Below, in pieces: positions 41,070 through 48,489 of a DNA stretch of 64,000 bases (position 1 is its first letter; every line of letters begins with the position of its first letter). The translations under genes and the position numbers were made by a program. This DNA is from Candidatus Poribacteria bacterium (GTDB taxonomy: Bacteria; Poribacteria; WGA-4E; WGA-3G), in NCBI GenBank assembly GCA_965197475.1, contig CBDANF010000003.1, positions 1,376,001-1,440,000 of the forward strand. Direction: 5' to 3'. Below the pieces are notes generated by a model. That model was given only the letters and a program-made list of their open reading frames with translations, did no database searches and had not been told where the DNA came from.

Positions 41070-41310
41070 CTATCTTTGTGCTTTGATATTTTCCCACGTT
41101 GTTGTTAGTTTATCTTGTGGTTCAACAGGGGTTATTATAATGTCTTCGGGCCCAGGGTTACGCGGGCTGACTTCTGCCTCATCTTCCGAGAGATTGTCGG
41201 TGATAAAGATAACATCTAACTTAGCCGCATCCTCTCAAACAGCAACATGTAAGGTTGTTTCCCCAGGTTTATCAAATTGCCACTCTCGTTCAAAGGTTCC
41301 ACCATCTAAC
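41070..41310 (-). pseudogene. 3' remnant of a paralog of 40280-40957
   Basis: Read by hand: LDGGTFEREWQFDKPGETTLHVAV*EDAAKLDVIFITDN...VEPQDKLTTTWENIKAQR*. Internal TGA; 5' part missing. Confidence 0.8.
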
Positions 41311-41462
41311 CTTGGTGGCAATTCACAGCGAAAAGCATTGAGCAGAAGATAAGCAACTATCGGAGAATTGAATGGTCCAGAGTTTTCTGGTAGAAAATTG
41401 TATGCCCAATTCTATAGGAGGATTCCGCACTGAATAGTGCAATTCTTTCGTCCCACCCGGGA

Positions 41463-41900
41463 TTATTTTGCTTTACGAAGGATCACTTTACTCGGACTTC
41501 CCAAATTCAAGGTTTCAGCGAGGTTGCCGCGGTTAATCGCAATCTTGAACCGTTTCGTGGAGGTTGAAAATCTACCCAAGTATTCACCTTCTGGAACATC
41601 ACTATAGTTTTCAACGAACCTAATGTTAATTGTTTGTCCCATTGCAAAAGTTGCCTCAAGTCTATCTCCGAGTTGCCAACCGCGTTCTGTAAAAGCATTT
41701 ATAAATAGATCGGTAACACCATTTCCGTGGTCATCAATTTCAGTAATAGTAGCGGATATCTGCGTCAGGTTAACGTTTTCCTGCACACCCGCTTTCCCAC
41801 TGCATCCTGTCAACGATACTATTGTCAAAATTAAACACGCTATTGTCAACAACCAAAAAGATATACGACAATTATAGTAGAATGTCACAGATGCCTCCAT
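41463..41900 (-). CDS. Lipoprotein with stand-alone SAM hydroxide adenosyltransferase (DUF62) C-terminal-like domain
   Basis: Lipobox LTGC; IDDHGNGVT, YSDVPEGEYL, IAINRGNLAETL resemble the DUF62 C-terminal domain. Confidence 0.7.
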   Translation of the reverse strand: MEASVTFYYNCRISFWLLTIACLILTIVSLTGCSGKAGVQENVNLTQISATITEIDDHGNGVTDLFINAFTERGWQLGDRLEATFAMGQTINIRFVENYSDVPEGEYLGRFSTSTKRFKIAINRGNLAETLNLGSPSKVILRKAK

Positions 41901-42023
41901 TTATGTCGTTGAATTTGGAAATCGTCCGGGAACTACAGTTTGAAATAATTATGGATTTACTAAAAAGTATCGCAATGAGTAGTTTTGGACTTGAGAAAAA
42001 TTTTAAAAAATCGCTATAAAGCC

Positions 42024-42052
42024 TTGTGTCCACTGGGTTTATATGGTATAAT
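42024..42052 (+). promoter_or_regulatory. Putative transposase promoter
   Basis: TTGTGT-17bp-TATAAT with TGn extension. Confidence 0.55.
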
Positions 42053-42057
42053 ATAGA

Positions 42058-42132
42058 TAAGAAAATAGGGGGTTGGTAGCCCCCTAAATGAACACAAAAA
42101 GCGAGTTGCTTTTTGACGGTTCTAATCTTATC
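42058..42132 (-). ncRNA. Putative cis-antisense sRNA to the transposase leader
   Basis: Minus-strand promoter TTGCTT-18-TATAAT (42166-42137), internal hairpin AAAAAGC-AACTC-GCTTTTT, terminator TAGGGGG..CCCCCTA + TTTTCTT. Promoter and hairpin are conserved in copy 1. Confidence 0.5.
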
Positions 42133-42189
42133 TGGTATTATATCAGAAATCCGTCAGAAAAAGCAACTCCTATTTCAAGGAGTTATCTG

Positions 42190-43071
42190 ATGGATTTGTT
42201 GAAGGTGATGGAGCGTTTTCCCGATCAAGAGAGTTGTATTTCGCATTTAGAGAAGATTCGGTGGCGAGGTAAACCTGTGTGTCCGCATTGTGAAAGCGAT
42301 CATATAGGAGAACGGACAGAAACAGAAATCGGTCGTATCGGTCGTTGGAACTGCCACGAGTGCCAAGTGAGTTTCAAGGTGACGTGCAGGTCGGTGTTTC
42401 ACGGGACAAAGATAGCGTTACAGAAGTGGTTTTTGGCTATTTCGTTGATAACGAATGCGAAGAAAAGTTTGTCAAGTCATCAACTTGCGCGCGATTTAGA
42501 CTTGAATCAAAAGACAGCATGGTATATCATGACTCGTATCCGTGCTGAAATGGCAAAGAAAGGTAACGTGCTACTACAAGGCATCATAGAGGCAGATGAA
42601 ACTTACATCGGGGGTAAACCTCGTAAGCCTAATAAGAAGGAAGACCACGTGCCTGCCAAGCGTGGACGTGGAACAGAGAAAGACGCTATTATCGGGGCAG
42701 TACAGCGGGGCGGGAAAGTTGTAGCACAACTCGCTAAAGATTTGACAGGACGGACTATTTTAGACTTTATCCGAAGAGTCGTCAAAGTTGAGGATTCGGA
42801 GTTGATGACCGATGAGTATAAGGCGTATCTCGCTATCGGCAAGGAGATGAAACACCATATCATAGATCATCAAACGCAATTTGTTGAGGGTGATGTCCAC
42901 ACAAACACAATTGAGGGGTTTTGGAGTCTACTCAAACGAGCTTGGTATGGAAGTCATCACCACTACTGGACTGAATATACGCCCCTGTATGTAGCAGAGG
43001 CGTGCTATAAATACAACTATAGGAGCATTGACAGTATCTTTGATAAGTTTGTTAATGAAAGTATGCGGTGA
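42190..43071 (+). CDS. IS1595-family (ISXO2-like) DDE transposase
   Basis: Diverged paralog of 119-1000: CPHC..CHEC, EADETYIGGK, MTDE, VHTNTIEGFW. Start set by RBS and homology. Confidence 0.95.
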   Translation: MDLLKVMERFPDQESCISHLEKIRWRGKPVCPHCESDHIGERTETEIGRIGRWNCHECQVSFKVTCRSVFHGTKIALQKWFLAISLITNAKKSLSSHQLARDLDLNQKTAWYIMTRIRAEMAKKGNVLLQGIIEADETYIGGKPRKPNKKEDHVPAKRGRGTEKDAIIGAVQRGGKVVAQLAKDLTGRTILDFIRRVVKVEDSELMTDEYKAYLAIGKEMKHHIIDHQTQFVEGDVHTNTIEGFWSLLKRAWYGSHHHYWTEYTPLYVAEACYKYNYRSIDSIFDKFVNESMR

Positions 43072-43080
43072 TGGACACAA

Positions 43081-43353
43081 CTAAAGGTATGCCTTATCAA
43101 TCTTGTTCTTTTTGTCATCAGGATTTGAGGGAAAATGCTGTGGAAGTTCAAAAGTTGGCTTTCCATCTTTCAGAGCATCGATCATGTCAAGAGCAAATTC
43201 CAACCTCTCATTGTCCGTGTCAAAAGGTTTCTGAATCACTACGCGAAAATTTGTATCAAGTTTTACAAGGGCGAGTTCTACAAAACTCTCTGTATGTAAG
43301 GCTAAAAGTGAAAAATCAACAGGATCGGAAGGCGGCTTGAATATTACCCACAT
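43081..43353 (-). CDS. IS passenger: hypothetical protein (90 aa)
   Basis: AAAGGAG RBS upstream on minus strand; inside the TIRs. Confidence 0.6.
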   Translation of the reverse strand: MWVIFKPPSDPVDFSLLALHTESFVELALVKLDTNFRVVIQKPFDTDNERLEFALDMIDALKDGKPTFELPQHFPSNPDDKKNKIDKAYL

Positions 43354-43409
43354 GGGTTTAGTCTCCTTTGGGGTTAGAGGGGACAGAGTCCCCTCGTTGG
43401 TTGGAATTG

Positions 43410-43799
43410 CTAATACCCGTATGGAGAATCAGCAGCTGAAATTAAAATTATCCAAAGTCCCACCATAGTGCCAGTTCCAATAACACATCCTATTGTAGCA
43501 TGTGTTATTTGGTCGTTTTTCACAAGTTTTTGATAAATGCTTGTGTAATAAGCAACATATTCTGGTGATTTTCCAAGCAATTTTTCTGGTAGTACCGTTG
43601 GTGTGACAACATACGCAATTAACATACCGGTAACACCAAGTAGACAACCAACAGTTCCCCATATTTGAGTGTTTGCAAGTGTTGCATCACGTCGTGCATC
43701 AAATATTGCTTGCGCAGCATCACTTGTTTGTTGTGCAAGTGTGAGATATGGCGTAGTGAATAACATCACAACCATTATAAACGACAAAGTTTTCATCAA
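43410..43799 (-). CDS. IS passenger: exported/membrane hypothetical protein
   Basis: Signal peptide (TLA-QQ), two TM segments, LLGKSPEYVAYY; AAAGGA RBS. Confidence 0.8.
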   Translation of the reverse strand: MMKTLSFIMVVMLFTTPYLTLAQQTSDAAQAIFDARRDATLANTQIWGTVGCLLGVTGMLIAYVVTPTVLPEKLLGKSPEYVAYYTSIYQKLVKNDQITHATIGCVIGTGTMVGLWIILISAADSPYGY

Positions 43800-43866
43800 T
43801 GTTCCTTTTGTGAGGTAAAATGTGTATGTAGGGGATCAAAAGACCCCCTACATGTTTGCAAGCGGA

Positions 43867-43998
43867 TTATTTACACCGCTTGTGAGGTTTGACAGTTTCT
43901 TTCACCGTTGTGGCGGGACGGCGTTTGTCCGTGCCTTTGGGAAGGAACCGTCCATCTTTGGCATCGCGTACACGCGTGCCAGTGGCTTTTTTAGCCAT
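43867..43998 (-). CDS. IS passenger: small basic protein (43 aa)
   Basis: GAGGT RBS. MAKKATGTRVRDAKDGRFLPKGTDKRRPATTVKETVK resembles small RDAxxGRF...RRPxTTV proteins of mobile DNA. Confidence 0.7.
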   Translation of the reverse strand: MAKKATGTRVRDAKDGRFLPKGTDKRRPATTVKETVKPHKRCK

Positions 43999-44029
43999 AG
44001 TATACCTCACTTTGCTTGAGATAAATTGG

Positions 44030-44220
44030 TGCATAGCGTATTTCCAGTGCGTTATGCACTGTTCAAGCATATAAAATTGATACGTTAAACGGGTATCGTT
44101 CGTAGGTTCGTTTACACCTTTCTATGGGTGAGGGCAGGACACAACACAAGGAGTGTTGCGATAGAAATCCTGCCCAACGAACTTGAGAATAGTATAACAT
44201 GGAAAGAATTTGAGTGTCAA
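44030..44220 (-). promoter_or_regulatory. Inward-facing passenger promoter and structured leader
   Basis: Minus strand TTGACA(44220-44215)-18bp-TATACT(44196-44191) with TGn. Stems GGGCAGGA/TCCTGCCC, CAACAC/GTGTTG, GTGCATA/TATGCAC. Confidence 0.6.
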
Positions 44221-44266
44221 GTGAAAAATTTGAGAAAAAATTTCAAGTCCAAAACTACTCATTGCG

Positions 44267-44724
44267 AAAAGAAATGTCATACAGTGAAAAATAATTTGAT
44301 TATCAATGAGACCTGCAAAGTTGTCCTATTGACACCCTCTTTTGAAGGAAGACACCATGACAAACACATAGCCGATATGGTGGGCTATTGTGTGCCACAG
44401 GGTAGCACATTGTCCCAAGATACCGGTTTTCAGGGTTTCGTTCTCCCGGATATAAACATCATTCAACCGAAGAAAAAACCGAGAGGTAGAGAACGGACGA
44501 ATGAAGAAAAAGAAAACAATAGAAAGATAGCGTCTATACGCATACGCGTTGAACATGCGATTAGTGGTGTCAAAAGATGCCGCATTGTCAAAGATAAACT
44601 CAGGAATTGGAAGAAAGGGTTTTGTGATTTAGTTATGGAAACCTGTTGTGGTTTACACAATTTTCGCCTAAACTTCAGACCCTGGCGTTATGAAACTCCT
44701 TCTATTTAATTCATTATAATGTCT
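44267..44724 (+). mobile_element. IS5-family element copy C, 3' part only (truncated transposase)
   Basis: Matches copy A from KKCHTVKNN to the right TIR (TCATTATAATGTCT). About 580 bp of the 5' part is missing at the IS1595 boundary. Confidence 0.9.
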
Positions 44725-44726
44725 AA

Positions 44727-46079
44727 TTATTTCAATAATTCACCATAAATAGCCCTGTTATCCAGATGTTTGTCTATCTGCTTCAGAACATTTTCATAAT
44801 TTGCTTCTAATTCAAGTGGGGTGTTTAGGTATTGTGGCGGCGGTTGTCCGGGAAGGACATTATGATATGCCACCTTGAAATCGGGGAATTTCAGTCCATT
44901 TGCAGTTGAGATCACGATAACTCTATCACCTTTTTGGATCTGTTTCCGTTCGACCATCTTTATGAGAACAGCCAAGGCAACACCTGTATGTGGACAATTG
45001 AACAGTCCAGTTCTATCTGCTCTGGCAGCTGCGTCAGCCAATTCCGCTTCTGTAGCCTGATCAACGATACCATCAAATCGCTGCAAGATACGGATAGCAC
45101 GATGAATAGAAACAGGATTTCCAATCTGAATTGCTGTAGCTTGTGTAGATTGAGCAGTTATTGCCTTGAACTCTGTGAACCCTGTTTTATAACTCCGATA
45201 GAGTGGATTTGCCCGTTCTGCTTGTGCACATGCAATACGTGGAAGTTTGTCGATGATGCCGAGATCTTTCAACATTAAAAATCCTAAACCGAGTGCAGAG
45301 ACATTGCCGAGGTTTCCCCCAGGTATGATAATCCAATCTGGAACCTCCCAATTAAACTGCTGGACGATCTCAATACTGATAGTTTTTTGTCCTTCAATAC
45401 GAAGCGAATTGATAGAGTTGGCAAGATAGAAGTCCTTTCGTGCAGCAAGTTTTTGGACAATTGCCATGCACCCATCGAAATCTGTCTCAAGCGAGAGCGT
45501 TAATGCCCCATTTGCAAGTGGCTGGAGAAGTTGTTCTCGAGTAACCTTCTCTTTGGGCAAAAGAATGATAGCCGGGATTCCTGCTGCAGCAGCATACGCA
45601 GCCAAAGATGCAGAGGTATCGCCAGTGGAAGCACACATAACAGCACGGATGTTACCTGATTCCGAAATAATATGGTTTACCATTGAGACGAGTACGGTCA
45701 TCCCAAGGTCTTTAAATGAACCCGTATGACTGTTGCCGCACTGCTTTATCCAGAGGTCAGTGAGTCCGAGTTGATGACCGAATCGTTCCGCCCAAAACAG
45801 ATTGGTCCCACCCTCATACATTGAGATGATTTTATTATCATCAATGATGGAACATACAAGTTCTTTTTTGCCCCAAACACCACTACCATACGGGTATTGA
45901 GGACGCATATAACGTTGTTCAAACAGGGATTTCCAGTCATCCGCACTGCGTTGTTTTAACGCGTCCATATCGTGTTTGACTTCTAACAATCCACCACAAT
46001 TTCTACAATGATATATAATTTCTGTGAGAGGATAAGTGCATCCTTCATGGCATTGAAACCATGCGTTGTAATTCATCAT
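44727..46079 (-). CDS. thrC: Threonine synthase
   Basis: EGGT, SHTGSFKDLG (PLP lysine), CASTGDTSASLAAY, EGQKT, PGGNLGN, STANGLKF. Confidence 0.96.
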   Translation of the reverse strand: MMNYNAWFQCHEGCTYPLTEIIYHCRNCGGLLEVKHDMDALKQRSADDWKSLFEQRYMRPQYPYGSGVWGKKELVCSIIDDNKIISMYEGGTNLFWAERFGHQLGLTDLWIKQCGNSHTGSFKDLGMTVLVSMVNHIISESGNIRAVMCASTGDTSASLAAYAAAAGIPAIILLPKEKVTREQLLQPLANGALTLSLETDFDGCMAIVQKLAARKDFYLANSINSLRIEGQKTISIEIVQQFNWEVPDWIIIPGGNLGNVSALGLGFLMLKDLGIIDKLPRIACAQAERANPLYRSYKTGFTEFKAITAQSTQATAIQIGNPVSIHRAIRILQRFDGIVDQATEAELADAAARADRTGLFNCPHTGVALAVLIKMVERKQIQKGDRVIVISTANGLKFPDFKVAYHNVLPGQPPPQYLNTPLELEANYENVLKQIDKHLDNRAIYGELLK

Positions 46080-46705
46080 TCTGTTTCCTCCTGACCGGCA
46101 TGAATACTTTCAACTCCGTTTGATGTGGAAAAGAGCTGCTCAATCTCATCAAGGGAAGGTAATTCGGATGGAGCTTTCAACCCGAATTGTTGAAGAAAAG
46201 TATCAGTAGTAGAGAAAAGCAGGGAGCGACCCGCGCCTTCTTTTCGACCTGACACACAAATAAGGTTTTTTTCTACAAGCGCACTGATCACACTGTCGCT
46301 GTTAACGCCGCGAATATTTGATACATCCGCACGTGTGACAGGCTGTTTGTAGGCTACAATCGCAAGCGTTTCAAGGGCAGAAGGGGACAACGTTACGCGG
46401 ACCTGTTGGATATAAAACTTCCGAATCCATTCCGAAAATTCTGGACGGGTACATATTTGATATCCATTCGCGATTTCAATAAGATGAAAACTTCGGTTGA
46501 TCTGTTGATAGTCATCTTGCAGGTCTGAAAGTGCACTCCCAATTTCGTGAGCAGTCGCGCCCGGAATTGCATGCTGAAACTGCTTCACTGATATCGGCTC
46601 ACTGGCAGCAAACAAAATTGCTTCTAATATTGATTTTGTATTTTCTTCTGGCATCACATCCGGGTTGTTCATCAGATGTTCAGTCGTGACATTTTCAGAA
46701 TCCAT
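46076..46705 (-). CDS. scpB: Segregation and condensation protein B
   Basis: LEAILF, LSPSALETLAIVAYKQPVTR, IRGVNS, TTDTFLQQFGL..ELP. Confidence 0.96.
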   Translation of the reverse strand: MDSENVTTEHLMNNPDVMPEENTKSILEAILFAASEPISVKQFQHAIPGATAHEIGSALSDLQDDYQQINRSFHLIEIANGYQICTRPEFSEWIRKFYIQQVRVTLSPSALETLAIVAYKQPVTRADVSNIRGVNSDSVISALVEKNLICVSGRKEGAGRSLLFSTTDTFLQQFGLKAPSELPSLDEIEQLFSTSNGVESIHAGQEETE

Positions 46706-46728
46706 TTTGATATAATTCCTATATTTTC

Positions 46729-47517
46729 CTATACAGCCGACGCAGAATTTCCACTTTCGATCATTGCTTTGACAATATATATACTTTCAAATAAACCTGT
46801 TTGCACAGTGACAATTTTTCCTATTCGGATAAGTTCTAAAACAGCAAGAAATGTGACGATTAGATCTATTTTAGTTGAAGTAAGTGGGAACAGACTTTCA
46901 AAAAGCAATTGGTCTGCACTTTCTAATTGAGTTTCAATAAAAGCGATTTTGTCCTCAACAGTGATTGTTTCCTCTTCAACTGTCTGGTAATCCTCATCAG
47001 GTTCAAGTTGTGAAATTTGGTCGTTGATGTTTTTGAAAGCCGTTAGTAGGTCAAAAAGCGTGGCTTTAATCTCATAAGCACGGGTTCCGTCTAAATCTGA
47101 GTGCAGTTTCGGACTTCTGTTGTATATTGATGTGCGCCGTTCAGCATAAACGTCTAAAACTTGCGCCGCTTCTTTGAAGCGTTTATACTCCAAAAGTTGC
47201 TGGACGAGCTGTTCTTGGTTACCTATCGGGTGCTCAGAATCAGAAACAATTTGCGGAAGAATGCTCTGTGATTTTATGTGCAAAAGTGTTGCCGCCATCA
47301 CCAAAAATTCGGATACTACGTCCAAATCTAACTGCTCCATGAGGTTTACATATTCCAGATACCGATCCGTAATTTGGGCAATTTGAATGTCGTAGATATC
47401 CATCTCTTCTTTCTGAATTAGATGGAGAAGCAGGTCAAGCGGACCTTCAAAACCGTCTAATTTGACAGCGTAAATAGGGTGTGTTGCTGAATTGGTAGGT
47501 GAGATATCCGCTAACAT
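46729..47517 (-). CDS. scpA: Segregation and condensation protein A
   Basis: FEGPLDLLLHLI, EFLVMAATLLHIKS, VTFLAVLEL. Confidence 0.96.
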   Translation of the reverse strand: MLADISPTNSATHPIYAVKLDGFEGPLDLLLHLIQKEEMDIYDIQIAQITDRYLEYVNLMEQLDLDVVSEFLVMAATLLHIKSQSILPQIVSDSEHPIGNQEQLVQQLLEYKRFKEAAQVLDVYAERRTSIYNRSPKLHSDLDGTRAYEIKATLFDLLTAFKNINDQISQLEPDEDYQTVEEETITVEDKIAFIETQLESADQLLFESLFPLTSTKIDLIVTFLAVLELIRIGKIVTVQTGLFESIYIVKAMIESGNSASAV

Positions 47518-47562
47518 TTGTTGGTTCTATCTAACTTATTTGTATAATATTGTTCAATCTTG

Positions 47563-48249
47563 TTACCGGACTCCGACGATTTTTCCGATAAAATTGAGCG
47601 TTTCAAAACTTATGTTGTGCAGAAATATGAATACATAATTTGGTATCCCGATTAGACTCGGAAGAAAAATAATAGCGATAAGAATTGGCATCCCATAAGG
47701 TGCAAGTTTTGAAAATTCGCGTGAGGCACGTTCAGGGAGTAGACCGTTTACAACGCTAAAACCGTCTAACGGAAAAAGTGGGAGCATGTTAAACGCCGCG
47801 AGGAACACACTGATTAAGGCTGAAATCACCAATTCCTGTTTAATTCGCAAATGTAGTAAAGATTGACCTGCATCTAAATTAAAAAAGACGATTAGCAGTT
47901 TGAGTATACCAAGAATAACGAAAGTTAGCACGATATTCATGAAGGGACCTGCGGCCGCGATGAGCATTATATCTCTTCTCGGACTTTTGAGATTGTAGGG
48001 ATTGACCGGCACAGGCTTAGCCCAACCGAAGAATCCTCCACCTAAAAGCGATCCAATCAACGGTAAAAACAGCGTCCCGATCGGATCAATATGAACAGCA
48101 GGGTTGAGCGACAGACGACCTTGATCGCGCGCTGTTGAATCACCTAACATATTCGCAGATTTGGCATGTCCCCATTCGTGAAAAGTTAACAAAATAATGA
48201 ACTGTGTCACTACAAGGATTGATTGGTATATTTTATCTGGGGTAAACAT
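47563..48249 (-). CDS. Site-2 protease family (M50) metallopeptidase
   Basis: HEWGH, GRLSLNP, GWAKPVPVNP, AGP, FNMLPLFPLDG. Confidence 0.93.
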   Translation of the reverse strand: MFTPDKIYQSILVVTQFIILLTFHEWGHAKSANMLGDSTARDQGRLSLNPAVHIDPIGTLFLPLIGSLLGGGFFGWAKPVPVNPYNLKSPRRDIMLIAAAGPFMNIVLTFVILGILKLLIVFFNLDAGQSLLHLRIKQELVISALISVFLAAFNMLPLFPLDGFSVVNGLLPERASREFSKLAPYGMPILIAIIFLPSLIGIPNYVFIFLHNISFETLNFIGKIVGVR

Positions 48250-48392
48250 ATTTTATTTGAATTCCATTCAAATCTTTTTGTTATTAGAATTACGCGTTGT
48301 GTTAGTTAACATTTGGTATATTCATATTTCACATGTTCGTCTCGTTTGGGTTTTGAATTATGAAACTTTTTCAATTACGACAACCTCTAAAG

Positions 48393-48447
48393 GTAGGAGG
48401 GAATTCCGATTCCCGACAGCATGTCGCGATTCGGAGATCGCTCCTAC
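48393..48447. repeat. REPIN-like doublet of inverted GTAG REPs
   Basis: GTAGGAGGGAATTCCGATTCCCGAC-5nt-inverted GTAGGAGCGATCTCCGAATCGCGAC. Confidence 0.7.
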
Positions 48448-48489
48448 AAGAAATAAACATTTGTGAAGAACAACAAAACTGTTACGTAA

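Larger units (their letters stand above)
41971..44266 (+). mobile_element. Complete IS1595-family element with three passenger genes (2296 bp)
   Basis: Perfect 24-bp TIR CGCAATGAGTAGTTTTGGACTTGA at 41971-41994 and 44243-44266. Flanks AAAAGTAT / AAAAGAAA do not form a TSD. Confidence 0.93.

Noticed and set aside
41133-41146. ATTATAATGTCT match to the IS5 TIR (similar short matches at 12081 and 16571)
   Set aside because: It lies in-frame in a coding remnant (EDIII) or coincides with RBS-start regions; no partner end or TSD.
42088-42189. 34-aa N-terminal extension of the IS1595 transposase
   Set aside because: RBS and homology with copy 1 place the start at 42190; the extension is the structured leader.
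44128-44709. 193-aa ORF as an independent transposase
   Set aside because: Chimera: the first ~46 codons are IS1595 right-end DNA read into the truncated IS5 transposase.
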